A stretch of DNA of 64,000 nt from Candidatus Krumholzibacteriia bacterium (GCA_041484665.1 JBGPIA010000002.1:704001-768000); one strand, 5' to 3'. Positions 39,892-49,664 are shown, counted from the stretch's first letter. Translations and numbers: made by a program. Notes: generated from the sequence alone by a model not told the origin.

Positions 39892-42800
39892 TCAGCGCAT
39901 GAGCACGACGCGGCCCATGTCGCTGCGGGCGAGCCCAACGGCGGCGCCCACTTCGAGGCGATACAGGTAGACGCCGTTGGCCAGCTCGTCTCCCTGATCG
40001 TCGCGTCCGTTCCAGCGCACGGCGACCTCGACCCCGCCGGCCGAGTCTCCTCCTTCGACGTGCGCCACGGCGCGGCCGGTCAGGTCATACACGGTGACCT
40101 TCGACCACTGCACCGGCACCGTCGTCTGTGCCACGAAGAAGATCGGCGTGCGGTCCGGATTGCCTGGGCTGGGGAACGGATAGTGCGCGCCGACGGCCAG
40201 CGCCTCGCGCGCGGCGATTTGCGTAAGGGCGAAATCGGTCGTGACCGTGTCCAGGGTGAGATGAAGTGTCTGCGGCTGTCCGCTCCCGTCGCCGCGCCCC
40301 TGCGACGTGAGGCGCCAGTGCCGCCCGTCCAGGTCCACCGCGATCTTCACCGGGGTGTCGATCACCGCCGCGGAGATCGCAACTGCGGTCTGGCCGACGG
40401 TGAGGGTGATCGGCGCCTCGAACTCCACCTCGATGGGCACCGAATGGTCTGCCGGGAGCGGCCCGGAGCCTTCGTCCACCTCGGTCCCGTCCAGGCGCAC
40501 GGCGAGCGTGAATGGCACGAATAACTGCACGGTCGTGGGGCGCACGTCGGGGTAAGCCTCGTCGTAGGCCTGCACTTCCACGCGGTAGCCTCGCCCGCCA
40601 CGCGGATTGAGCGCGTCGAGCAGCCCCCCGTAGGCGACCAGCGGCAGGTCGAGCGTCGCCCCCTTGATGCGCGGATCCAAGCCCGCGCCCGGATCGGGCA
40701 CGAGCAGGCCGGAGTGGTCCGTGCCGCGGCTGTCGCGCACGACGAAGCTGTGAACGCCTGTCTCATCCACGCCGCGCAACTGCAGGGCGAAGCTCTGGCC
40801 GCCCGGCGGCGCGGTTACCTGCGCGCCACTGGTCACCGGCTGCCCGCCGTGCAGCACGGTTAGGCGCGGCGGGGCCGCATCCACGCGCAGCAGCGGATCG
40901 CCGATCAGGTTGAATTGCGCCACCATGTCGTGCTGGAGCGTGTCGCTGGTCGGGAAGATGTTCTGCTCGCCTTCGGCCAGCGCCTCGCCGATCACCCACT
41001 GGCTCATCAGCGTCCACGGCCCGTTGAACACCTGACTGCTGGTGCGCCCCTGCGTGAAGAGCACCTTGCCAATCTCCTCCATCATGCGCGAGATCTGGAA
41101 CAGGTACTCGAACCCGCTGCTGCCGTAGCTGGCGATGCCGCCGCCGGTGGGATGCAGCACGAACAGCTCGCCCAGCGAGCGGCCCTGGGAGGCCTCGCGA
41201 TAGTCGATGAAGTCGCTCTCGTGGCAGCCCATGCCGAAGAAGATGAAGGGTTTGCCCACGTTGGTGAGCGTCGGGATGTTGCCGCTCTCGAAAAGGTTCT
41301 CGTGGGCCAGCACGTTGTAGGCGGCGTGCCCCTCGTAGGACACGATCAGGGCGCCCTCGTTCATGCGGTTGACCAGCAGCGGCACCACCTCGTCGATGAC
41401 GCGATCGCGGTAGATGTGCCTGTCACCGCACTGCTCGCCGATCGGGTGCATGGGATCGGTGTACTCGCGCAGGTAGAACCCGGTGGACTGGATGGTTGCA
41501 TCGAGGGAGTCGCTCCAGGCAGCGACGGTGCTCTGGCTGCACTGGAACTGTCCTTCGTTGTACGGGCAGCCGTCCCTGCGGCAGTAGCTGGATTGCGTGC
41601 CGCCCAGGACGCTGGAGCTCCAGGTGTCGTCGGCCACCCACAGCGCGCGGCGGCGCCAGTCGTCGCCGAGCTGCGGCTGCTCGTATGCGATAATCTTGCC
41701 GATCATCGTGGAGAGCTCGGCGTCGTTGTCGGCCGGTAGGCGTCCGACGGCCATGTCCGGGCCGCGGTCGAGATTGTCCGGATAGCCGGCGTCGATGGTG
41801 TTGAACGTGCCGTACCACTTGTCCGAGGCCAGCACCTCATTGATGTCGAATACCTGTCGGTGGAGCGGTGCCGGTAGCAGATCCGCGCCGGCGGTGCCGG
41901 AGAGCCCCCGCGCGTCCTCGCTCGCGTCGCCGACCAGCAGCAGCGCGCGCGCGTCCCACACGAGGTAGGCGTACTCGGCGAAGCGCTTGATGCCGGCCGG
42001 CGATTTCAGGCCGCCGCTGAACTGGTCGAACACCGACTGCACGTCGACGTAGGCGTACTTCCACCCGCGCGCATCGTGGTCGCGGCGCCACTGCAGCCAG
42101 GGCTGCGCGGCGGCGGCGAGCTGCGCGGGACCGATGGCCAGGGCCTGCGCCTGCCCCTGTAGGAAGACCGACGTGTCGCTGGTGAGGAGCGGGCTCTGGG
42201 CGCGCTCGATCTCGTCGGCGCGCGCCCGCGGGGCGCGGGCAGGACGCAGCGCCCAGAACGCGCGCTCCAGCCCGGCGATCTGATCCGCCTGGATGGAGAG
42301 CGAGCGGCTGCCGTCGCCCGGGTCGAGGATGTTCCCGCCTTGCAGCGCGATGTAGATGGGCGCGCGCGGGTCGGTGACCTCCAACAGCAACAGGTCGGAA
42401 GCGGTGAAGCCAGGCACCACGATGCTGGGCTGCCCGCCGATCTGGCCGCCGGTGAAGCGGGCCTCGTCGCGGGTGGCGCGATAGAGTGCCTGGTAGTCGA
42501 GCGTGATGCTGCCCAGGTACGCCTGAACCAGCCCGCTGGCTGCGGGAGTGAGCTGGAAGGTCGCGAAGCCGTCGCCGATGGCGTCGGAGGACACGACGCC
42601 GGTGAACGGGATCAGGGTGAGGCTGTTGACCGTACTCGTGTCCAACAGCTGGCTGTTGGTCCCCTGGCTGATGGTGGCGCGTACCTGCGGCGGACCGGAC
42701 GCCGGACCGGCCTGGAGGCCGCGCGCCGCGAGCGTCCACGTCAGGCTGATGGTGTTGCCCGCAGCGGGGTGGAGCAGCTCCACGCTGATCTGGGCTGAGG

Positions 42801-44262
42801 CGACGGCGTTGGTGGTCCAGTGATACCGCGGCTGGGTGATGTCGGCGGGGTTGTCCTGGTAGAAGGCGTCGGACTCCAGCCGATCGAGGCGGCGATACGA
42901 TGCCTGCGGCGCGCCGGAGGCCGGCGGCAGCGTGGCGGCGGACATCCGCAGCCAGCCCTGCGCGTCGGGCTCCGCCGCAGCGATCCAGTACACATTATTG
43001 TTGTTCCAGTTGTCCGAGCGCTCCGCGACCGCGCGCGGAAACGTCTGCCCGGCGATCGTGCGCTCGACGTCGTCGTCGCGCATGTCGAACCCGTAGAAGA
43101 GGATCTCGTCGGTGCCGAGCGCCGGGCCGTTCTCGTCGGGCAGGCCCAGGAAGAAGAACGGTACGTCGGCGGTCAGGGGCGCGGGCGCCTGCGCGTCGAA
43201 CAGCCCGTCGCCCGGGGCGTTGTAGCGCCTTTGGTAGAGGCGGACCTTGCGCCGGGGCACATCGGTGGGGAAGCCGAGCGCCATCAGGTCGCCCAGATGT
43301 ACGCGCAGGGGTCCGGTGCGGCTCACGCGCACACGGTACTCGCTGCTGAGCAGGCTGGCGGGGTCGAGCGGGCGGATGTCGCCGGCGGCTCGGGCGCCGG
43401 TTGCGCCAAGTGGGCCCGGCGGGCTTTGCCGGCTTTGTGGGCTCTGCACGCCCTGCGCACCGGCCGTGCCGTCGCTGGGCAGGTGCAGCCATCCGTCGCG
43501 CAGAGCGCGCTGCCGGGGCGACAGCGACCGCCACGGGGCCGCGAACTCCGGGTTGAGCACCGTGCGCAGGATCATCGGATCGGGCTCGCCCTCCTCCGGC
43601 GCGATGGCTTGCTGCCCGGCCAGCTTGTGCCCGCCGGCGAAGGTGACCGTGATCTCGATGCGGCGAGCGACGTCGAGCCGTTCGCTGGCGGCGTCGTAGG
43701 CCACGGGGCGCACGAGCAGCGAGACGATGCGCTGCTTGCGGCTCCAGGTGGGCTCTCCCAGGCGGACGACGTCCGCGGTTGTGGCGCGATAGCTGGCGTA
43801 GCCGCGGCCTTCCACCATGCGCTCGACCAGGGATGGCTCGCCGTACGGCGCGGGTTGGACGCTGCTCGGCGTCAGAGCCGGAGCGATGCGGCCCGGCGGC
43901 AGCGCGCTGGTCTCGACGACGCGCGCGCTCAGCTGGACGTCGCCCAAGGGCGGCACCGCGATCCACGCTCCGGCCTCAGGGAGCGCGGGCAGCCCGGGAT
44001 CGCCCGCCAGGTTGTAGCCATCGATCGTGAGCGCGATCCACGGGCGCTCTTGCCCCTCGATCGTGGTCGTGCGCGGCTGTGGCACATCGATCGAGATGCG
44101 AATGCGCGCGGGTGTGCTCTCGAGGACCGTCCAGCCTGCGGGCGCGCGCCCGAAGGCGGGTGTGGCGGTCAGCACCGTTCCCAGCAGAACCAAGCCCAGC
44201 GGACCGCAGTTGAGAGCGGCACGCCGTACGAACGAGTCTCCAGCCTGCAGCATTCGGCGCAT
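39892..44262 (-). CDS. Peptidase C25 (gingipain/PorU-like) with propeptide and C-terminal FlgD/T9SS-like domain
   Basis: Propeptide GDPGLPALP; LLLVGDA, SDKWY, VGRLP, YEGH and MGC catalytic motifs, FNLIGDP; C-terminal YPFPSP..VYDLTGR..WNGRDDQGDELANGVYLY. Confidence 0.85.
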   Translation of the reverse strand: MRRMLQAGDSFVRRAALNCGPLGLVLLGTVLTATPAFGRAPAGWTVLESTPARIRISIDVPQPRTTTIEGQERPWIALTIDGYNLAGDPGLPALPEAGAWIAVPPLGDVQLSARVVETSALPPGRIAPALTPSSVQPAPYGEPSLVERMVEGRGYASYRATTADVVRLGEPTWSRKQRIVSLLVRPVAYDAASERLDVARRIEITVTFAGGHKLAGQQAIAPEEGEPDPMILRTVLNPEFAAPWRSLSPRQRALRDGWLHLPSDGTAGAQGVQSPQSRQSPPGPLGATGARAAGDIRPLDPASLLSSEYRVRVSRTGPLRVHLGDLMALGFPTDVPRRKVRLYQRRYNAPGDGLFDAQAPAPLTADVPFFFLGLPDENGPALGTDEILFYGFDMRDDDVERTIAGQTFPRAVAERSDNWNNNNVYWIAAAEPDAQGWLRMSAATLPPASGAPQASYRRLDRLESDAFYQDNPADITQPRYHWTTNAVASAQISVELLHPAAGNTISLTWTLAARGLQAGPASGPPQVRATISQGTNSQLLDTSTVNSLTLIPFTGVVSSDAIGDGFATFQLTPAASGLVQAYLGSITLDYQALYRATRDEARFTGGQIGGQPSIVVPGFTASDLLLLEVTDPRAPIYIALQGGNILDPGDGSRSLSIQADQIAGLERAFWALRPARAPRARADEIERAQSPLLTSDTSVFLQGQAQALAIGPAQLAAAAQPWLQWRRDHDARGWKYAYVDVQSVFDQFSGGLKSPAGIKRFAEYAYLVWDARALLLVGDASEDARGLSGTAGADLLPAPLHRQVFDINEVLASDKWYGTFNTIDAGYPDNLDRGPDMAVGRLPADNDAELSTMIGKIIAYEQPQLGDDWRRRALWVADDTWSSSVLGGTQSSYCRRDGCPYNEGQFQCSQSTVAAWSDSLDATIQSTGFYLREYTDPMHPIGEQCGDRHIYRDRVIDEVVPLLVNRMNEGALIVSYEGHAAYNVLAHENLFESGNIPTLTNVGKPFIFFGMGCHESDFIDYREASQGRSLGELFVLHPTGGGIASYGSSGFEYLFQISRMMEEIGKVLFTQGRTSSQVFNGPWTLMSQWVIGEALAEGEQNIFPTSDTLQHDMVAQFNLIGDPLLRVDAAPPRLTVLHGGQPVTSGAQVTAPPGGQSFALQLRGVDETGVHSFVVRDSRGTDHSGLLVPDPGAGLDPRIKGATLDLPLVAYGGLLDALNPRGGRGYRVEVQAYDEAYPDVRPTTVQLFVPFTLAVRLDGTEVDEGSGPLPADHSVPIEVEFEAPITLTVGQTAVAISAAVIDTPVKIAVDLDGRHWRLTSQGRGDGSGQPQTLHLTLDTVTTDFALTQIAAREALAVGAHYPFPSPGNPDRTPIFFVAQTTVPVQWSKVTVYDLTGRAVAHVEGGDSAGGVEVAVRWNGRDDQGDELANGVYLYRLEVGAAVGLARSDMGRVVLMR

Positions 44263-44482
44263 GCCGGGGATCCTCCGGGGTTCGCGATGTAGGCTCAGGG
44301 GAGGCACAAAAGAAGGCAGCCCACGACGGTCAGGGCAGCGGCGCCGACGGCGCGGCACGCGAGAAGCCAAGGCCCTCATCCCAGGAGCTGCCCCATGGCT
44401 CCTTGAAGGATACGAACGCGGTTGGCACCCGTCAACGCGCAGACTGGATGCGGACCGCGCGCGCCCCTGCAGTGAATCGGTG

Positions 44483-44557
44483 TGTCCCCAACGGGATTCG
44501 AACCCGTGTACCCACCTTGAAAGGGTGGTGTCCTAGGCCTGGCTAGACGATGGGGAC
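44483..44557 (-). tRNA. tRNA-Glu (TTC)
   Basis: Minus strand GTCCCCATCGTCTAGCCAGGCCTAGGACACCACCCTTTCAAGGTGGGTACACGGGTTCGAATCCCGTTGGGGACA; cloverleaf with TTC anticodon; CCA not encoded. Confidence 0.95.
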
Positions 44558-44686
44558 GCCCACAGACGCCGGGCGGCCGACGGCCACCCGCGAAAGCAAG
44601 CGCGTCATGCTAGTCCAAAGCCGCAGACGGAGCAAGGATCCGCAGCCAGAGCGGGGCGGCCGGTCACCCGGCTGGCAGCCGCGGCG

Positions 44687-45376
44687 CTAGCAGCGGCGAA
44701 TCACGCCCGCGAGCGCACCCAGAACCCGCACCTCCCCCATTTCCGGCGTGACCAAGATCGAGGCCAGCGAGGGATTCTCCGGCTTGAGCTCGATGAACCC
44801 CTCGCGCTTGTAGAAACGCTTGAGCGTCACCTCATCCTCGATCAGCACGACGACGATCTCGCCGTTGCGCGCCACGGGCTGCGGCCGGATGAGGATGAGG
44901 TCGCCGTTGCAGATGTGGGCATCGATCATCGAGTTGCCGCGTACGCGCAACAGATAGGTGCGCGGATCGCCCACCAGCGTGGCATCGAGGTGCAGCTCGC
45001 CCTCGCGCTGCTCGGCAGCCAGGATCGGACGGCCAGCCGCCACGTCGCCGATCAGCGGCACGGTGACCGTGCGCGGGCGGCTCCCGGGCGCGCCCGCCGC
45101 AGACGAAGACTGGTCGAGCGCGAATGGCTCGCCATCGGAATCCGGGACCGGGACTGCGTGCAGCACCTCGATGGCGCGGGAGCGCACGCGGTCGCGGCGG
45201 ATGTAGCCCTTCCGCTCCAACCAATCGAGGTGGTCATGAATGGTGCGGGTGCTGGTGAGGCCCATGACCCCACCCAGCTCCCGCACCGTCGGAGGGTAAC
45301 CGTGCTCATCGAGCCAGCGGCAGAGCGCGCGAAGCACGTCCTTCTGACGCGGCGTCAGCTCCCTTGGTGTGCTCAC
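44687..45376 (-). CDS. lexA: SOS repressor LexA
   Basis: LTPRQ..GYPPTVRE winged HTH; VAAG cleavage site; GNSM (Ser) and TLK (Lys) dyad; GTGA overlap with the upstream gene. Confidence 0.95.
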   Translation of the reverse strand: MSTPRELTPRQKDVLRALCRWLDEHGYPPTVRELGGVMGLTSTRTIHDHLDWLERKGYIRRDRVRSRAIEVLHAVPVPDSDGEPFALDQSSSAAGAPGSRPRTVTVPLIGDVAAGRPILAAEQREGELHLDATLVGDPRTYLLRVRGNSMIDAHICNGDLILIRPQPVARNGEIVVVLIEDEVTLKRFYKREGFIELKPENPSLASILVTPEMGEVRVLGALAGVIRRC

Positions 45377-46911
45377 GTGCCCCAACCCTCCAGACCGAGA
45401 TCGAGTTGACGTTCAGGTTCGCCCGTGACGAGCGCCCGGCCGCGTCCTCCGCGGCGGCCCGCCGCGGCTGGCATGCGCACGATCGCGTCGCCGGCGGACG
45501 CGTCGCCGGCCCGGCCTGCGCGGGTCCGCCCGCGCGGCGGCGCGACGGATCCCTCAGCGTGCAGCTCCAGCTCGAACCAACCCAGCGCACGGCGGTCGGC
45601 CTCATCAAGGCTCACGCAGGGAACGCCGTCCAGGTCGCGCGCCAGCGGAGCACGCGCCCACAGTGGCTCGCCGCTGAAGCAGAACCGGCGTCCTGGGTGC
45701 GCGGGCGCCTCCGAGCAGGCGGCCAGCATGCCGGCGTCGATCCACGGAACCAGCCGCGCCGAGAGCCGGGGCCAGACCGCTGCCTGCACCGCGACTGTCA
45801 GCCTGCGATCCCACTGCTGAAGCGCGGTGGCGAGCGCGGTCGCGGCGGATCCGGCTGCCTGGGGCGCGGCGTCCTCGGCAGGCCGGCGGTCGGTGAGGCC
45901 GAGCAGGTAGGCGCAGACACCTTCGAGCTCTTGCAGGGGTGCGCTCACGCGGACCGAAGGGAGAGGTGCCAGCGTTTGCAACAGGGCCGCCGCGCGCCGC
46001 AGCAATGGGCTGACGTGCCAGGCGTAGAGAGCGCGCAGCTCGGACTCGGCCGCCGTTCGCCATGCCGCCGGCAGGCGCTCGAAGAGAGTGCGCTCGCGCA
46101 GCAGGCTCCCGCGGTGAAGCAGATCGCGCAGCCCGGGGACATACGCCTCGTCGGGAAGCCGGTGCTCGCGGTCGAGCTGGAAGTCGGTCCACAGGAGCGG
46201 CGCCGGCTGCGTGGATGGTGGTGGGAACGCGGGTGACATGGATTGCGGGGGCGCGTGCGGCGTCGCGACCGGCGTCGCGTTCGACATCGCGGGCGCCATC
46301 GTGGCGGCCATCCTCGGCGACAACAGCGCGGTCAGGTCCTCTGGGCGCGCCAAACGGATGGCGGGCAGACGACACTCCCGCGCCAATTGCACAAGCGGAT
46401 CGTCATCGGAGGCCTCCAGTGGCACGGCCAGGGCCACGCGATCGATTCCGAGCCGATGCACCCAACGCTGTGCGCGTTCGAGGCGGGAGGCCGCGTCATC
46501 AGACGCGGGCGATCCAAGCACGTCACCCTCCACACCCAGTAGTGCGAAGGGATGGTCGGTGCTGGCGGAGTCGGGGACCTCCAGCCCCATCCCAGCCTCG
46601 GCCAGCAGCCGGGCTAGCGCGGCGTCGCTTCGCGCGACCCAGAGGATCTTCGCCGGGTCGCCGAGCCCGCCGGTCGCGAGCGGGCGCGCGGGCAGCCAGC
46701 GCGCTGGAAGCATCGGGCGACGCCGCCGGGCTGCGGCCTGCAGCAGCGCAAACAGCCCGCGGCCGTGCTCGCCGAACTCGACCAGGAGGCCGTCCCCCAG
46801 GTTCTCGTCCAGGAGCTGCAGGATCTCGTCCGCCCCGTTTCCCGGCTGTTGCCAGGAGGCGTCCACGACGATGAGGGTCATCGGCCGGTGGACCTTCTGC
46901 TCGTCACTCAA
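45373..46911 (-). CDS. Degenerate, catalytically inactive DnaE (Pol III alpha)-like protein with C-terminal clamp-binding motif
   Basis: Colinear with DnaE PHP and palm segments (LVQLARECRLP, ESELRAL, VCAYLLGLTDRRP, HPGRRFCFSGEPL..APL, DRRALGWFELEL). No PDID aspartates. Ends RQLDL. TTGA coupling to dinB with GGAGGAGGAG RBS. Confidence 0.6.
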   Translation of the reverse strand: MSDEQKVHRPMTLIVVDASWQQPGNGADEILQLLDENLGDGLLVEFGEHGRGLFALLQAAARRRRPMLPARWLPARPLATGGLGDPAKILWVARSDAALARLLAEAGMGLEVPDSASTDHPFALLGVEGDVLGSPASDDAASRLERAQRWVHRLGIDRVALAVPLEASDDDPLVQLARECRLPAIRLARPEDLTALLSPRMAATMAPAMSNATPVATPHAPPQSMSPAFPPPSTQPAPLLWTDFQLDREHRLPDEAYVPGLRDLLHRGSLLRERTLFERLPAAWRTAAESELRALYAWHVSPLLRRAAALLQTLAPLPSVRVSAPLQELEGVCAYLLGLTDRRPAEDAAPQAAGSAATALATALQQWDRRLTVAVQAAVWPRLSARLVPWIDAGMLAACSEAPAHPGRRFCFSGEPLWARAPLARDLDGVPCVSLDEADRRALGWFELELHAEGSVAPPRGRTRAGRAGDASAGDAIVRMPAAAGRRGGRGRALVTGEPERQLDLGLEGWGT

Positions 46912-48215
46912 GCCACTCCTCCTCCTGCTGCTATCTCGCTCCGGCTCCGTTGCCGACGTTCGCCATCGGCGGTGTCGGCGTCCCTCTTCCATGCCTCCCA
47001 ACGCACGTCCTCTTCCGACCCGTCCCAGCGGGGCGAGGTTGGGCGCAGCAGCGCCGTGGCGCGCGCGATAGCCTCCGCACCGTAGCGTTCGTGCACCCCG
47101 TCGAGCACTGGCTCCAGCCGCGACCACGCCTGGGCAGCGCGGCTGTCGAAGAGATCCGCCTGCCAGGCCGGCGCGGCCGTGAGCTGGCACATCCCGATGC
47201 CGATGAGGCGGACCGGCGTGCGGTCCCAATCGAGGGCGCGCAGCATGCGCCGCCCCGTGGCGAACAGAGCCCGCTCGGAGTCGATGGGACGCGAAAGTGT
47301 CGTGCGGCGCGTCACGGTGCGGAAGCTACGGTCGCGGATCTTGAGCTGGACGACGCGGCCCAGCATGCCTGCGCGGCGCATCCGGTTGCCGACCTTCTCA
47401 CAGAGGTGCAGCAGCGCCGGCTCGAGCACGCGCGAGCCGACGACATCGCGGGCGAAGGTCTCCTCGTGGCTGATGCTCTTATTCTCGCGGTCGGGGACGA
47501 CCTCACCCTGTTCGCGGGCGCAGACCATATCCTGCAGCGCGAGGCCGGTGGTGCCGAGGGACTCCTGCAGCACGATTCGCGGGGTCCGCGCAATGTCTCC
47601 GCCGGTGCGCAGCCCCAGCAAGTGCAGGTGCTCGCGCAACTTGGGGCCCACCCCCCACAAGCGCTCCACGGGCAGCGATTGGAGGAACGCGGGGCCAGCG
47701 CCATCAGCGATCACCACGAGGCCGCGAGGCTTGCGCAGGTCGCTGGCGATCTTGGCAATGCGGCGGGTCTCCCCCATTCCGATCGAAGCCCAGAGGCCGG
47801 TCTCCCGGAAGATGCGGTCACGCAGCCGCTCGCCGAAGGACTGCCAGGAGCCGTCAGGTGCGTGCAGACGATCGCAGCCCGACAGGTCCAGGAAGGCCTC
47901 GTCCAGGGAAAGGGGCTCGACCAGAGGGGAGACCGACCGCAGGATCGCCATGACCTCACGGCTCTTCTGCGCGTAGCGGCGGCCACGGCCCGGCCGCAGG
48001 ACCAGCTGGGGGCAGAGTCGGAGGGCCTGCGCGGTGGGCATGGCGCTGCGCACGCCGAACTCCCGGGCCGGGTAGGAGGCCGCCGCGATCACTCCTCGCG
48101 CGTCGGCGGCACCGCCGACGGCGACGGGCAGGCCATCGAGCTCGGGGAAGTCGAGGACCTCGACGGCCGCGTAGAAGGCGTCCATATCGACGTGGGCGAA
48201 CCAGCGTGCGCGCAT
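46908..48215 (-). CDS. dinB: DNA polymerase IV (Y family)
   Basis: HVDMDAFYAAVE, AASYPAREFGVRSAMP, PLSLDEAFLD, AKIASDLRKPRG, VRLIGI; clamp motif QADLF. Confidence 0.93.
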   Translation of the reverse strand: MRARWFAHVDMDAFYAAVEVLDFPELDGLPVAVGGAADARGVIAAASYPAREFGVRSAMPTAQALRLCPQLVLRPGRGRRYAQKSREVMAILRSVSPLVEPLSLDEAFLDLSGCDRLHAPDGSWQSFGERLRDRIFRETGLWASIGMGETRRIAKIASDLRKPRGLVVIADGAGPAFLQSLPVERLWGVGPKLREHLHLLGLRTGGDIARTPRIVLQESLGTTGLALQDMVCAREQGEVVPDRENKSISHEETFARDVVGSRVLEPALLHLCEKVGNRMRRAGMLGRVVQLKIRDRSFRTVTRRTTLSRPIDSERALFATGRRMLRALDWDRTPVRLIGIGMCQLTAAPAWQADLFDSRAAQAWSRLEPVLDGVHERYGAEAIARATALLRPTSPRWDGSEEDVRWEAWKRDADTADGERRQRSRSEIAAGGGVA

Positions 48216-48290
48216 CGTGCTTCTCCGTGATGGCCGCGCTTCCATCCAGCACCCACCGACGAGGCGCTTCGTGGAGAGCGAGACGTACCA

Positions 48291-48342
48291 CAAACCGATG
48301 TTTGCCAGACAGCAATTTAGCAAACGGTCGTTTGGCTGTCAA
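48291..48342 (-). promoter_or_regulatory. Sigma-70 promoter overlapped by tandem palindromic LexA-type boxes
   Basis: Minus strand TTGACA-N17-TAAATT. CAAAC-N4-GTTTG at 48291-48304 and 48321-48334, with a degenerate copy at 48306-48319. Confidence 0.75.
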
Positions 48343-48566
48343 GCCCCCTCTTCATTTGGAATGGGGATGGGTGAGAGCCTGGCGGCGGGCCTGGCGCCCG
48401 CGCGACCGGTGGCCCGACCGACCGACCGACGGGTCGGCAGCTAGGCCGCGGGTCCGGCCGCCAACCCCGGATACCACCCGAACGTGCTGGCCGACTCGGC
48501 GATGGCTCATACTTTGCATTGAAAAGCACTTGACAGCAATCGGCGATCGATGCTCAACTGAGGGCC

Positions 48567-49181
48567 ATGAAACCCACGCGCGGCACCGAGTCCGTGAACG
48601 AAGATCCCGTCGCGTTGCACGACACAGCGGCGGACAACCTTCGCTACATCCGTCAAACGATGGAGCGCGCATCTTCGTTCACCGCCGTCCCTGGGTGGGG
48701 CGGTGTCTGGATGGGAGCCACGGCACTGGCCACGGCCTTCATCGCCGCGCGCCAGCCTACGCCGGGGCGCTGGGTGCTGGCCTGGCTGGTGGAGGCGGCT
48801 CTAGCCGTGGGAATCGCGCTGGTGGCGATCGTGCTGAAAGCCCGGGCTACGGGAGTCTCCCCGCTCGCGGCACCGCACCTGCGATTCGCGTCGAGCTTCA
48901 CGCCGTCACTACTGGCCGGCGCCGTGCTGACAGCCGCCCTGGTGGCGATGCGTCAGTACGACCTCATCGCGGGGGTGTGGCTTCTGTTGTACGGGACCGG
49001 ATTCGTCGCGGCGGGCACACTCTCCATCCGCCTCGTACCGGTCATGGGCGCAAGTTTCATGGTGCTGGGCGCGGCGGCTCTATTTGCGCCGCTGGGCTGG
49101 GGCACCGCGTTCATGGCAGCCGGGTTCGGCGGGCTGCACGTCAGCTTCGGGTCGATCATCGCCAGGAGGCACGGTGGCTAG
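48567..49181 (+). CDS. Conserved multi-pass membrane protein
   Basis: DNLRYIRQTMERAS followed by about 6 TM helices; ends GFGGLHVSFG. Confidence 0.75.
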   Translation: MKPTRGTESVNEDPVALHDTAADNLRYIRQTMERASSFTAVPGWGGVWMGATALATAFIAARQPTPGRWVLAWLVEAALAVGIALVAIVLKARATGVSPLAAPHLRFASSFTPSLLAGAVLTAALVAMRQYDLIAGVWLLLYGTGFVAAGTLSIRLVPVMGASFMVLGAAALFAPLGWGTAFMAAGFGGLHVSFGSIIARRHGG

Positions 49182-49569
49182 GTCGAGGGCAATCAAACGC
49201 GACGATCGCACGCGCGGACAGCACGGCGCCGAGACATCACCCGGCCGCGAAGGGAAGGCGCCTGCAACGCCGCTCTCGCTGGACCGGCTCATCCACGAAC
49301 GGACACGCCTGGGGATCGTGAGCGCGTTGGCGGCGAGCGGTCCGCTTACGTTTCTGGAGCTCAAGCGTCAGCTCGCGCTGACCGACGGCAACTTGAGCGT
49401 CCATGCGCGCCGCCTGGAGGACGCCGGCTACGTCGACTGCACAAAATCGTTCGCCGGGCGCATCCCGCGGACCGAGTACCGGCTGACCGAGCTCGGTCGC
49501 AAGGCGCTCGGAGGCTACCTCTCCCACATGGAGGCTGTGATCAAGGCGGCGCGGCGCGCAGGGTCTTAA
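49174..49569 (+). CDS. Winged-helix transcriptional regulator (MarR/ArsR-like, HTH_34)
   Basis: AGGAGG RBS and GTG start; LDRLIHERTRLGI..LTDGNLSVHARRLEDAGYV..PRTEYRLT. Confidence 0.85.
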   Translation: MARSRAIKRDDRTRGQHGAETSPGREGKAPATPLSLDRLIHERTRLGIVSALAASGPLTFLELKRQLALTDGNLSVHARRLEDAGYVDCTKSFAGRIPRTEYRLTELGRKALGGYLSHMEAVIKAARRAGS

Positions 49570-49626
49570 CGCGGCGCGCGGCGGGCCTGCCGCGCCCGGG
49601 CGACTGTCTCTTTTTTTTGGCTCCAG

Positions 49627-49643
49627 ACTTTGTGATGCAAAGT
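49627..49643. promoter_or_regulatory. Palindromic operator ACTTTG-N5-CAAAGT (second, imperfect copy at 48511-48527)
   Basis: actttgtgatgcaaagt and actttgcattgaaaagc; each lies just upstream of a gene start and is followed by acttga. Confidence 0.55.
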
Positions 49644-49664
49644 ACTTGAATCGGAGGAAGCTCC

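Noticed and set aside
44483..44557. tRNA-Glu as an integration site for an island or prophage
   Set aside because: No integrase, no duplicated tRNA 3' end seen and no phage genes; LexA here has a typical SOS context.
45373..46911. ImuA/ImuB or an active DnaE2
   Set aside because: No RecA-like or Y-family motifs; too short for DnaE2 and lacking the catalytic aspartates.
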